A stretch of DNA of 64,000 nucleotides from Verrucomicrobiota bacterium (GTDB lineage Bacteria; Verrucomicrobiota; Verrucomicrobiia; Opitutales; UBA953), in NCBI GenBank assembly GCA_014193315.1, contig BJHS01000008.1, forward strand, positions 19,001 through 83,000. The letters are read 5' to 3'. The notes beneath the pieces are model-generated. The model worked only from the letters and a program-made list of their open reading frames with translations. It ran no database searches and had not been told where the DNA came from. Below, in pieces: positions 11,176 through 20,421 of this stretch (within the stretch, counting starts at the first letter, position 1; each line of letters opens with the position of its first letter). The position numbers were made by a program, and so were the translations under genes.

Positions 11176-12372
11176 GTGACCTCTTACCTCGCCCAGCGCC
11201 GTGACGAGCTCATCCGCACCTACCGGGATGGCCTGCTGCAGGATGTCATCCCCTTCTGGCTCAAGCACGGGATCGACCGGAAGCAGGGTGGCATCCGCAC
11301 CGCCCTCGGCCGCCGCGGCGAGTTGCTCGATACGGATAAGTCCGTCTGGTTCCAAGGTCGGGCCGCTTGGACTTTCGCGAACCTCTACAACACCGTGGAG
11401 CCTCGGCCGGAGTGGCTCGAAGCCGCCTTGTCCTGCGCGGATTTCCTCCATGACCGTTGCGCGGATTTGACGGGTAAGCTGCACTTCACGGTCACCGCCG
11501 AAGGCGACCCGCTCCGCATGCGCCGCTATGTCTTCAGCGAATGCTTCGCGGCCATCGCTTACGGGGCGGTGCACCGCGCGACCGGCCAGGCGAAGTGGAA
11601 GGAGCGCGCCCTCGCGGCGTTCGATCTCTTCCTGAAATTTAACCGGGAGCCAGGCCACATCCCCCCGAAGACCTCGCCGGAGACCCGGCCGATGAAGGGG
11701 CTCTCCCCGCTGATGATGACGCTCGTCACCGCGCAGGACCTGCGCGAGGACCTGGGGGACGTGGTCGTCCGCGGGCAGACGCTCACCTGGTGGGCCGCGG
11801 AGGCGATCGCCGAGATCGGCCGCGATTTCGTGAAGCCGGACCTGCGCGCCGTGATGGAGGTCGTGGGGCCGTCCGGCGAGATCCACGACCATTTCGACGG
11901 GCGTCTGCTGAACCCAGGCCATTCGATCGAGGCGGCCTGGTTCATCCTGCGCGAGGCCCGGCGCCACGGCGACGAGGGCATGAAGCAGCTGGGCCTGCGC
12001 ATGCTCGACTACATGTGGGAGCGCGGCTGGGACCGCGAGCACGGCGGGATTCTCTACTTCACGGACCTGCACGGGAAGCCGATCCAGGAGTACTGGCATT
12101 TCATGAAGTTCTGGTGGCCGCATAACGAGGCCATCATCGCCACGCTGCTCGCCCACTTGATGACCGGCGACGCGAAGTACGCCGAGATGCACCGCCAGGT
12201 GCACGACTGGGCCTACGCACATTTCCCGGACAAGGAGGGCGGCGAATGGTATGGTTACCTCGATCGCGAGGGTCGCCCGACCACCGAGCTCAAGGGTAAC
12301 ATGTGGAAAGGCCCGTTCCATATGCCACGGCAGAAGCTGCTTTGCTGGCAGATGCTGGAGGGCGCGCGATGA
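11176..12372 (+). CDS. N-acylglucosamine 2-epimerase (AGE / renin-binding-protein family)
   Basis: LLQDVIPFWLKHGIDRKQGG and FWWPHNEAI motifs are typical of AGE (alpha/alpha)6 enzymes. Sits in a sialic-acid locus. Confidence 0.75.
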   Translation: MTSYLAQRRDELIRTYRDGLLQDVIPFWLKHGIDRKQGGIRTALGRRGELLDTDKSVWFQGRAAWTFANLYNTVEPRPEWLEAALSCADFLHDRCADLTGKLHFTVTAEGDPLRMRRYVFSECFAAIAYGAVHRATGQAKWKERALAAFDLFLKFNREPGHIPPKTSPETRPMKGLSPLMMTLVTAQDLREDLGDVVVRGQTLTWWAAEAIAEIGRDFVKPDLRAVMEVVGPSGEIHDHFDGRLLNPGHSIEAAWFILREARRHGDEGMKQLGLRMLDYMWERGWDREHGGILYFTDLHGKPIQEYWHFMKFWWPHNEAIIATLLAHLMTGDAKYAEMHRQVHDWAYAHFPDKEGGEWYGYLDREGRPTTELKGNMWKGPFHMPRQKLLCWQMLEGAR

Positions 12373-13055
12373 GCGGTCGCTCCTGTGAAGCCTGCGGTCG
12401 GGCCATCCCGGCCGAAATCTTTGTGCAGGGCGGGGAGAATGAGATCTTTTGCCCGTGGTGCGCCACCAGTCAGTCGGCCGCCGCGGCGCCGGCCACCGTG
12501 GCCGTCTCGGTCGAGGCCGGCCACCCGAAGGTGCGGCGTATCGTGGAGGGCGATGCCATCACCTATGCGACGCGGATGGGCTCCTGTTTCGGCTGGGCGT
12601 GGTTGATCTTCACGCTCTTCCACGGCAGCTTCATGTTCTACGGGATGGCGAAAGGCGTTGTGAAGGTGAACGGGCGGAACGCGAACCCAGAGTGGTGGTA
12701 TTTTGCGCTGCTCGCGCTCTTCTACACCCCCTTCTTCCTCGTCGGCTTTGCCTTCACGGTCTCACGCTACACCGTGCGGCTGTCGCCGGGCCAGTTGCGC
12801 GTCCGCTGGCGCATCCTTCCCGGGTTAGGCTGGACTTGGGAACTGGCGACCGGGGCGGAGGTCGCCGTTCGGCAATCGTTCCGGGGCACGGCGGAGAATA
12901 GCCGACCGGTCAAGGCCATCGTCGTGTCCTCGCAGGGTCAGGAGATTGATTTTGGCAGTTTGCTCGCGAAGGACATTAAGGCCTTCCTGGTCGCTGCGAT
13001 CCAGGATTACTACGGCGAGCCGCCGGTGCCGGCCCGGGCGGATTTCCTCACTTGA
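12369..13055 (+). CDS. Hypothetical zinc-ribbon membrane protein
   Basis: ATGA overlap with the AGE stop. CEAC...CPWC zinc ribbon, two hydrophobic helices and a soluble C-terminal domain. No family recognised. Confidence 0.55.
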   Translation: MSGRSCEACGRAIPAEIFVQGGENEIFCPWCATSQSAAAAPATVAVSVEAGHPKVRRIVEGDAITYATRMGSCFGWAWLIFTLFHGSFMFYGMAKGVVKVNGRNANPEWWYFALLALFYTPFFLVGFAFTVSRYTVRLSPGQLRVRWRILPGLGWTWELATGAEVAVRQSFRGTAENSRPVKAIVVSSQGQEIDFGSLLAKDIKAFLVAAIQDYYGEPPVPARADFLT

Positions 13056-14592
13056 TCCGCAGCTCGAACGGTGTCGCAGGCAGGCAGGCGTCGTTCACCA
13101 GTGCGGCTTGGGCGTCCATGGCCCAGGCGTAGCGCAGGACGACCGGCACTTGCGAAGGCGCCGCCGGATCCGCGCGGAAATCGATAACCAAACTATCGCC
13201 GACGACCCGGGCTGGGCCGGCGGGCTGGAATTCACCATGATACGTGCCGCCGGCGCAGAGTACCTCGACCTGAGGGAGGACGCCCGGCTTGACTGCCAGC
13301 CCTTGGCCGAACCGGAACGCCACCGTGATCGTCTGGCCGTCGTAGGTGGCTTTGGTCGGCAAGGGGCCGGAGGGTCGGATCTCCGCGTGGCCGTACCAAT
13401 GGAAGAGCGCCCAGCGCGCGAGGCGTTCGCCGACTTCGCGTTTCTCCTTCGGGTGCACGTCCTTCGGCGCCCCGAGGTCGAGGGTCACGGCCATCCCGTA
13501 GTGCGACGTCGTCTCCTCGAGGCGGCGTTGGACTTCCCGGAAACGGGGCCAGTGCAACCGGGCGGGTTCCGCGATGGACGGGAGCTGGCAAGTCAGGAAG
13601 GGCAGGGCAGGGTCGCGCCATTGTTCGCGCCAATCGGTGACCAGCAGTTTCATCAGCCCGGCGTACTCCACGACGTCCAGCGCGCGGATCGCGTTGCTTT
13701 CGCCTTGGTACCAGAGCACGCCCTTGATCGGCTGGTCGGTGATTCGCCCCGGCCCGCTGGCCCAGGCAAAGCCAGGTTTGTAGCCGTGGTTCAAGCCGAG
13801 GCTATCCTTGGGCGCTCGGGCCGCCGTGCCTACTTGCTGGCGGGCGCGCAGGCGGACGAAGCTGCCCTCGATGGCTTCGTTGCGCAGCCAGTCGCCGGCG
13901 ACTTTCTGACCGAACTCCGGACTGCGGCGGAGGGTGTCCACCGAGATGAAACTTTCGATCGGGGCCCCGCCTACCGAGAAATTCACGAGGCCGATGGGGA
14001 TGCCGGACTGCCGGGCGACTTGCCGGGCGAAATAGTAACCGACCGCCGAGGTGTCGCCGACGTTGTCCGGCGTGCAGCGACGCCAAGTCCCTTCGAAGAA
14101 ACGTTCCGGGGTCATCTTCGCCACGGTCCCCGCGTCCAGTAGGGTCCCGCCATGGTATTGCCCGGCGAAGGTGTGGTTGCGCAGACGGACCAGCGGCAGG
14201 GTGGCCCGGGGTAGCTCCTCGGCGGCGTGCGCTTCCCGCCGGAGCGGGAACTCCATGTTGGACTGCCCGGCGGCGAGCCAGACATCCCCGATGAGGATAT
14301 CCCCCAGCCGCTGGTCCTCCCGGCCGTCGCGCACTTCGAGTTCCAGTCCTTGCGTGGTGGCGGGTCTTGCCGGGAAGCGTGCGCTCCAGCGACCCTCGGA
14401 GTCGGCGTTGGCCCCCACGCCGACCTCCCCTAGCCGGACGAGGACGGCGGCGCCTGGACGGGCGGTACCGCGGATGAGGATGGGTTGGTCTCGCTGCAGT
14501 ACCATCCCTTCGCCGAACCAAGGGTCAAACTCGGCCGCCACCCCGGCGAGCGCCAGGAGCGTGAGCGCGAGGATCGGGCGGGGCCGGTTCAC
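13048..14592 (-). CDS. Sialate O-acetylesterase (SASA/DUF303 family), secreted
   Basis: Signal peptide and the catalytic-site motif GDVWLAAGQSNME. GTGA overlap with the upstream sialidase stop. Confidence 0.75.
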   Translation of the reverse strand: MNRPRPILALTLLALAGVAAEFDPWFGEGMVLQRDQPILIRGTARPGAAVLVRLGEVGVGANADSEGRWSARFPARPATTQGLELEVRDGREDQRLGDILIGDVWLAAGQSNMEFPLRREAHAAEELPRATLPLVRLRNHTFAGQYHGGTLLDAGTVAKMTPERFFEGTWRRCTPDNVGDTSAVGYYFARQVARQSGIPIGLVNFSVGGAPIESFISVDTLRRSPEFGQKVAGDWLRNEAIEGSFVRLRARQQVGTAARAPKDSLGLNHGYKPGFAWASGPGRITDQPIKGVLWYQGESNAIRALDVVEYAGLMKLLVTDWREQWRDPALPFLTCQLPSIAEPARLHWPRFREVQRRLEETTSHYGMAVTLDLGAPKDVHPKEKREVGERLARWALFHWYGHAEIRPSGPLPTKATYDGQTITVAFRFGQGLAVKPGVLPQVEVLCAGGTYHGEFQPAGPARVVGDSLVIDFRADPAAPSQVPVVLRYAWAMDAQAALVNDACLPATPFELRIK

Positions 14593-15707
14593 TTCACGTC
14601 GAGTTCGGTGCCGTTGATCTTACGGAATAGCACGATCGAATTACTGGCGGGCTCGTAGAGCACGCCGATGTCCTTCCCGACCTTCGCCATGGAGCTGTAA
14701 GCGAAGGGGCCGGGGAAGAGCAGGGTCGACTCGGCCCAGGTCTTGCCGCCGTCCTCGGAGCGCCGCAGCGTGCCGTTGGCGCGGCCCTTGCCGACGGGAT
14801 TGAGGAAGAAGATGCTCGGCTTGCCTCCGCTCGCGGCGGCGAGCAGGGAGCCTTGGCAGACCGGCTCGGGCAAGGCCGTGTCTTCGGTGGCTTTCGCCCA
14901 CGTGGCACCACCGTCCTGCGACCAGGAAACCTTGCGTAACGCGGCCCCTGATCGCCAGCGACGCGAATTCAGGTAGAGCGAACCGTCGCCGTTCTCCGCG
15001 ACCTGCACTTCGTTAAGTTGCATGCCTTCCTGGGGCACTTCAGCCCCACGTTGCCAAGTTTTGCCGGCGTCGTCGCTGAAGGCGACCCAGTTGACGAAAT
15101 TCCGCTGCGCGTCCTGGGAGTTGAACGGCATCACCAGTCGGCCCGCATGCTTGCCTTTCGTGAGCTGGATTCCGATGCCCGGCCCGGAAGCGCAGGTCAC
15201 GGCCTTCGCCGGCTTCAATTCCGTGCTCACATCGACGGGCCGGGACCACGTCGCGCCTTCATCGTCGGACGCCACGAACTTCAGGCGGTTGCCCTTGGGG
15301 TCCTGCGGGCCGGCGGGGAGACCGCCGAACTCCTTGCCGCCGGCCGGGAAGGTCTGGAAGAAGAGGAAGACCTTCCCGCTCTTGGCGTCCTGGACGAGGC
15401 ACGGGTTGTTGCAGCTATCGTCGCGCTGCTCGTAAGCGATGGTCGGCCGGGACCACTTTTGGCCTTGGTCCGACGAGGTCGCGACCAGCAGGTCGTTGCC
15501 GGCTTGGTCGGTCGGCTTGTCGCGACCTTCCGCGACGGCGATGAGCGTACCCTTGGCCGTCATCAGCAACGCGGGGATGCGGACGGAAGCGTGGGGGATG
15601 TTCTTCTTCGCCTCGAAGACGGCCACGGCGGGCGTTGCCGAAAGTTGGGGCGCCGCGGCCAGGCCGACGGGCACAAGGAGGAGGCTGAGCGCGATTAGTC
15701 TTTCCAT
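14589..15707 (-). CDS. Exo-alpha-sialidase (BNR/Asp-box)
   Basis: RIP motif (VRIPAL). Five Asp-boxes: SSDQGQKW, SDDEGATW, SDDAGKTW, SQDGGATW, SEDGGKTW. Signal peptide present. Confidence 0.85.
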   Translation of the reverse strand: MERLIALSLLLVPVGLAAAPQLSATPAVAVFEAKKNIPHASVRIPALLMTAKGTLIAVAEGRDKPTDQAGNDLLVATSSDQGQKWSRPTIAYEQRDDSCNNPCLVQDAKSGKVFLFFQTFPAGGKEFGGLPAGPQDPKGNRLKFVASDDEGATWSRPVDVSTELKPAKAVTCASGPGIGIQLTKGKHAGRLVMPFNSQDAQRNFVNWVAFSDDAGKTWQRGAEVPQEGMQLNEVQVAENGDGSLYLNSRRWRSGAALRKVSWSQDGGATWAKATEDTALPEPVCQGSLLAAASGGKPSIFFLNPVGKGRANGTLRRSEDGGKTWAESTLLFPGPFAYSSMAKVGKDIGVLYEPASNSIVLFRKINGTELDVK

Positions 15708-16609
15708 GAGAAATAGCCGATGGCTTCGAGTTCGCCGATCATCGCTTGGACGCCGGCGGCATCAGGATTGCCGTTGGGCAGGCGGGCGGGCCCCACCGGG
15801 ACGCCGAGGTGCGTCATCAGGGCCTTGGCGCAGCCCATGTAGCCGCGTTGGGCGACGATGCGGATGACTTGCATCATGCGGTCCTGCTCGAGCTGGCAGG
15901 TCGCGAGGTCTCCCTGGGGGAAGGCGACCATCATGCGTTGCAGCGGGCCCGGGACGAAGTTGTAGGTGCTGCCGACCCCGCCTTGGGCGCCCATCGCCAG
16001 GGCGGCCAGGAAGTATTCATCGATGCCCCAGGGGAGGTCGAACTTGCCGCCGGCCAGGCGCTTGCCGAGCAGGTAGGTGCCGAGGTCAGGGTTGGAGTAT
16101 TTCACTCCGGCCAGGTTCGGGATGCGCGGGGCGGCGAGCTTCAAAAAGTCATCGACCGGGAAGTTGATGCCCGTCAGCGGCGGGATGTCGTAGTAGTAGA
16201 ACGGCAAGGCCGGCGCGGCGGCGGCCACTTGAGCGCAACAAGCGACAAGGTCCTCCACGTTGCGCGGCTTGAAGTAAGACGGCGCAATCATCGATATTGC
16301 GCTGGCTTGATTACGCTGGGCCTGGGCGGCGAGCGTCGCGGCGTCGGCGAGGCAGTTAGCACCGACATGAACAACAACCTTCATACCGCTGGACTTGGAC
16401 ACGGCGGCCCAGCGGTCACCGAGGGATAGGCGTTCGGTGATTTGCAGGGAAACGCTTTCACCGGTCGTACCGCCGATGAAGACGCGATCGATTTTCCGGG
16501 CGAGTAAGTGTTCGGCCTGTCGTTCGACCACCGTGAGGTTCAGTGCACCATCGGCGTGGAACGGCGTGTGGGTGGCGGGACAGAGCCCATGGAACTTAAA
16601 GGCGGACAT
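15695..16609 (-). CDS. nanA: N-acetylneuraminate lyase (DapA/NanA family)
   Basis: GGTTGES motif and GVKYS lysine context, ~300 aa. The lyase assignment rather than DapA rests on the sialic-acid context. Confidence 0.75.
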   Translation of the reverse strand: MSAFKFHGLCPATHTPFHADGALNLTVVERQAEHLLARKIDRVFIGGTTGESVSLQITERLSLGDRWAAVSKSSGMKVVVHVGANCLADAATLAAQAQRNQASAISMIAPSYFKPRNVEDLVACCAQVAAAAPALPFYYYDIPPLTGINFPVDDFLKLAAPRIPNLAGVKYSNPDLGTYLLGKRLAGGKFDLPWGIDEYFLAALAMGAQGGVGSTYNFVPGPLQRMMVAFPQGDLATCQLEQDRMMQVIRIVAQRGYMGCAKALMTHLGVPVGPARLPNGNPDAAGVQAMIGELEAIGYFSWKD

Positions 16610-16619
16610 AAGAAAGGGG

Positions 16620-17867
16620 TCAGGCGGGGTCGGCGTCGGTGGCGCGAATCTTAAGTACCAGCCAGGCCGAGAGACAAGCCACGGCGGCGAAACCGCCGAA
16701 GATCAGGTTGAGCGGCACCTGGTGGTCGCGGAGCCAACCGAAGCCGACGTCGGCCAAGCCGCCGCAGGAGATGCTCGCCAGGTTCATGAGACCGTAGCCG
16801 GTGGCGCGTTGGTCGGGGCGGGCGATCTGCGCCAGGATCGGCATATTATTGCTATCGAAGAGGCCCCAGCCCAGGCCGAAGAGCACGAGGAAGGCGATGG
16901 CCAGCGGGAGCGACCCCTGACCGATGACGATGCCGACGCCGAGCAACGCCGGGACGATCAGGCTCATGCCGAGGGCGCTGACTTGTTGCCGGCCCCGCGG
17001 CGAACGCCGCATCCAGCGGTCCGCCAGCCAGCCGCCGCCCAGCGCGCTGATGATGGCCGCGCCTTGCCACCAGACCACCGCGCTGACGCCGGCCATGCCT
17101 TGGGTGAGCCCGAGATCCTTCTGCAGGACACTGGGCATCCAGTCGCGGACGACCCAGCCGGCCAAGGCCGGCAAGGTGAAATAAAGCAGCAGCAGGCAGA
17201 AGTCGCGATTGCCCAAGAGGTCGCCGACCGCCGCGAAGGCCCGCGGGGCTTCGGCCGGCTGGGCGCGCGGGGTGTCCCGCAGGTACCACCAGAGCGGGCA
17301 GGCGTAGACCACCCCGAGCAGGCCCAGGCCGGTGAAGGCCCAGCGCCAGCCGAGCGCCGGGTCGTCCGCCACGTAGCCGCCGAGGCTCCCGAGCATGACC
17401 CCGAGGTAGATGCCGATCTGGTGCAGGCCCACCGCGCGCGAGCGCGTCGCGGTGCCGTGGTGGTCGGTGATCAGGGCCAGCGCGGCCGGGATGTAGAACG
17501 CCTCGCTCAGTCCCATGATGGCACGCGTCGCCAGCAGCTGGTCGTAACTCGTGGCGTGCGCCGTCGCCCACGTGTCGGCGGACCAGACGAAGAGGCTCAG
17601 CGCGATGACATGCCGGCGACCGAAGCGGTCCGCCACGTAGCCGGCGAAGGGGCTGGCCAGTGCGTAGGTCCATTTGAACCAAGCGAGGAGGTGTCCCCAC
17701 TGGGCCTGCGTCTTCAGGTCGTCGACCGAACCCATGATCGACTTCTGCATCGTCGCCACCAGCTGTCGGTCGAGGTAGTTCAGCAACGCCACGGGTAGGA
17801 GTAGCGCCACCATGAGCCAGGCGGTGCGTCCGGCGGAAGGCGGCGGCGCGGGCGGGGTGAAGTTCAT
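16620..17867 (-). CDS. MFS transporter (probable sialate permease)
   Basis: 415 aa, 12 TM-like segments. ADRFGRR MFS loop. 4-nt overlap with the upstream Kelch gene. Substrate is inferred from context. Confidence 0.7.
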   Translation of the reverse strand: MNFTPPAPPPSAGRTAWLMVALLLPVALLNYLDRQLVATMQKSIMGSVDDLKTQAQWGHLLAWFKWTYALASPFAGYVADRFGRRHVIALSLFVWSADTWATAHATSYDQLLATRAIMGLSEAFYIPAALALITDHHGTATRSRAVGLHQIGIYLGVMLGSLGGYVADDPALGWRWAFTGLGLLGVVYACPLWWYLRDTPRAQPAEAPRAFAAVGDLLGNRDFCLLLLYFTLPALAGWVVRDWMPSVLQKDLGLTQGMAGVSAVVWWQGAAIISALGGGWLADRWMRRSPRGRQQVSALGMSLIVPALLGVGIVIGQGSLPLAIAFLVLFGLGWGLFDSNNMPILAQIARPDQRATGYGLMNLASISCGGLADVGFGWLRDHQVPLNLIFGGFAAVACLSAWLVLKIRATDADPA

Positions 17868-18913
17868 CGGAACTTGGCGGGGATGGTCCAGGTGCTGCAG
17901 GCCGGCGTGCGCACGCCCGGTCGGGTCTCGCCGCTGATGGTCACGAGGTCATCGCCTAAGCGGAGCAAGGGTGCCGTCGCCAGTGACGTCGGCCATTGCC
18001 CGACCACCTTGGGTTCGCGCGTTTCCAGGTCGATGTGCAGGATGTCGCGCGATTGGCCGGGGTGTTCGGCCAACGGTTTGCCATTATGGGAACTGTCATC
18101 GCCGCCGACGAAAAAGAGGCCGGTGCCGACCACGACGCCCGGCCCGGCCGGGGCCGCCAGCGGGGTCGCGAGTCCATGGAACTGGGCGCCTTGTTGGCGG
18201 CTGTTCGCGTGTTGTAGGTCGTTCAAGTACGCCCGGGCGGGTTTGCCGTCTTGGGCGAAGAGCCCGCAGCCCCCGCCCCAGATCAGGGTGGAGTCATCGC
18301 CGCCGAAGAGAGGCAGGATGCGGGCTTGCATCGGGTCGTCCTCGGAGACCCGCCAGCCCTCCGTGGGTTGCCCGAGACGAAGCATCGCTACCGAGCCGAG
18401 CGCCCCGGTGGCGTCGGCCGAACGGCTGCCGCCCAGCAAGGCGAGCGCGCCATTCACCGCGCCGAAACCTGCGTAGGCCCGGGGCTGCGGCAAGTCGGGG
18501 GCGAACTTCTGACAATGCCCGTCGGCCCCGACCCGCCAGACGGCGGCCAGGTGGCGTTCGCCGTTGGCCCCGCCGGCGATGATGAGTCCGCGTCGGTCGG
18601 GGGTCGCGCAGAAGGCCGCGTAGGCGGACGGCTCCGGGAGTTCACCCACTTTGCGCCAAGACCAGCGCCCCTCCGTCTGGCGGAGCAAGAAGATGTCTCG
18701 ATAAAATACCTTGGTCCCGCCTTCCCAGGGTGGCTTGCCTGGGAAGTTCGCTCCGCCCGCGGCGAGGATCGTTTCCCGGTCGGCGTCGTCCAGAATCACC
18801 GCCGCCATCATCCCGGCGCGGCCTTGCGGGTCGGGGATATCCGGAAGGGTTTCAGCGGCCTGCGTGGTCGCGAGCCCGACAAGGAGAAGGGTACAGAGGC
18901 GGGTCAGGGTCAT
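17864..18913 (-). CDS. nanM: NanM-like Kelch-repeat sialate mutarotase, secreted
   Basis: Signal peptide MTLTRLCTLLLVGLATTQA. GGANFPGKPPWEGGTKVFYRDIF motif as in cyclically permuted mutarotases (NanM/YjhT). Confidence 0.65.
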   Translation of the reverse strand: MTLTRLCTLLLVGLATTQAAETLPDIPDPQGRAGMMAAVILDDADRETILAAGGANFPGKPPWEGGTKVFYRDIFLLRQTEGRWSWRKVGELPEPSAYAAFCATPDRRGLIIAGGANGERHLAAVWRVGADGHCQKFAPDLPQPRAYAGFGAVNGALALLGGSRSADATGALGSVAMLRLGQPTEGWRVSEDDPMQARILPLFGGDDSTLIWGGGCGLFAQDGKPARAYLNDLQHANSRQQGAQFHGLATPLAAPAGPGVVVGTGLFFVGGDDSSHNGKPLAEHPGQSRDILHIDLETREPKVVGQWPTSLATAPLLRLGDDLVTISGETRPGVRTPACSTWTIPAKFR

Positions 18914-18968
18914 GGTCGCCGGGGTGATAATTACCTTGTCTCCCGACCGCCCTATCGCGAGCCCAACC

Positions 18969-19940
18969 TTATTCCTCGCGGAGCAACCAACCTTCGGTCG
19001 ACCGGGTGCAGGGGCGGATTTCGCCGTTTACGACCGCAAAGCCGCTATTCCATTTGGCGCAACCCGTGGTCACGAGGCCCGAGGATCCCGCACCGAGCTC
19101 GGACCAGGCATCGGTCGCCGGGTCGTAGCCGATGATTTCCTTGGAGAAGCCCGGGTGCTTGATCGGCTCGACCTTGCCCGCGAGTTTGCCGTCATCGCCG
19201 CCGACCAGGAGGAACTTGCCGCCGAGTTGCGGGCAGGGACTGGGCGCCGCGGCGGTGGCGCGCGGCATCGGGGCGAGGCGTCGCCATTCCTTGCCGAGGG
19301 TGAACGCGTGACAGTCGGTCAGGTAGTCGCGCTCTGCTCCCTTCACGCCCGGGGAGAGCGAGACGCCTCCGAAAAGGTAGAAGGTGTCTTTGGTGCCTGC
19401 CGATTGCGCAAGCATGCGGCCGGAACCCGTGCAGAGCGGCAGCTCTTTCCAGCCGGCATTGAGGTTGGCGAGGTCGAGGGCGTAGGCGGTGGAGGAGGCG
19501 GCCGTCGCGTCGGGCCGTTCCGTACCGCCGGCGACGATGACCTTGCTGCCGACCAGCGCCCCCGTGGCGTAGGCGAGGGGGCGGGGTAGGAAGGGGAAGG
19601 GCCGGACCTTGAGTTCGCCTTCTTCCAGGGAAAGGACGTAGCAGTCCTGGTAATGGCGGTGAGAGTCGGCGCCACCGATGGTCAGCAGGCCTTGACGGAT
19701 GGTCACGCCCACGCCGTAGCCGATCGGCCGCGGCAGTTTACCCACGACGCTCCATTTCTTGGAGCGGTTACCCGCGAGCGAGTAGACCTGGTCATGCCAG
19801 ACCTTGGCACCACCTTCCCAGGCTGGCTTGTCGGGGAAGTTGGAGCCACCGGCGCAAAGGAGCGCTTCGCCCGAGACGCCGAGCAAGGATCCGCCGACGC
19901 CCGGGGCGTTCGGTGTTTCAGGAAGTCGGGTCCAGCGCAT
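18969..19940 (-). CDS. NanM-like Kelch-repeat protein without signal peptide
   Basis: GGSNFPDKPAWEGGAKVWHDQVY motif. No N-terminal hydrophobic leader. Confidence 0.6.
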   Translation of the reverse strand: MRWTRLPETPNAPGVGGSLLGVSGEALLCAGGSNFPDKPAWEGGAKVWHDQVYSLAGNRSKKWSVVGKLPRPIGYGVGVTIRQGLLTIGGADSHRHYQDCYVLSLEEGELKVRPFPFLPRPLAYATGALVGSKVIVAGGTERPDATAASSTAYALDLANLNAGWKELPLCTGSGRMLAQSAGTKDTFYLFGGVSLSPGVKGAERDYLTDCHAFTLGKEWRRLAPMPRATAAAPSPCPQLGGKFLLVGGDDGKLAGKVEPIKHPGFSKEIIGYDPATDAWSELGAGSSGLVTTGCAKWNSGFAVVNGEIRPCTRSTEGWLLREE

Positions 19941-20132
19941 GGTTGTTTGCTAGCAGGAAGACAGACCCCGACGGGGTGTCCAGAGATTAGGCGAATTATG
20001 AGGAAAGGCCTTGTTTTTAGGCACGCCTGGCGACGCGCACACGGCCCGCGACTGGTCTGGCCTGGCCCGCGGCGGGTGACTTTTGTTTGACAGAGCGGCC
20101 TGGACCTTGCCTTGATTGGGGTCCTTTCGCAC

Positions 20133-20207
<75 letters not shown>

Positions 20208-20301
20208 GAAAGGACTCTTTACCCCCGGAAAGACCCGGGAGGTAAGACGGTCGTAACCTTCTCCTTGACCATGGAAGGGGTTGCGGGAGGATGCTGACAC
20301 C

Positions 20302-20421
20302 ATGGGTCAACAGTACAACAAGGTCATCAAGCGTCGTCGTCGTCGCGCCTACCTCGAACGCCAGAAGGCGCGTGTCAAAGCCGCTCGCACCGCGGCCGGC
20401 AAGAAGAAGGCCAAGAAGTGA
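20302..20421 (+). CDS. Small (39 aa) arginine/lysine-rich protein, below the ORF-track length cut-off
   Basis: ATG preceded by GGGAGG 11 nt upstream. Translates to MGQQYNKVIKRRRRRAYLERQKARVKAARTAAGKKKAKK. The TGA stop overlaps (GTGA) the start of the next gene. Confidence 0.5.
   Translation: MGQQYNKVIKRRRRRAYLERQKARVKAARTAAGKKKAKK

Noticed and set aside
20088-20132. TTGACA at ~20088 as the -35 box of the tRNA-Asn promoter.
   Set aside because: No convincing -10 hexamer lies at 16-19 nt spacing, so I cannot support a promoter call from sequence alone.
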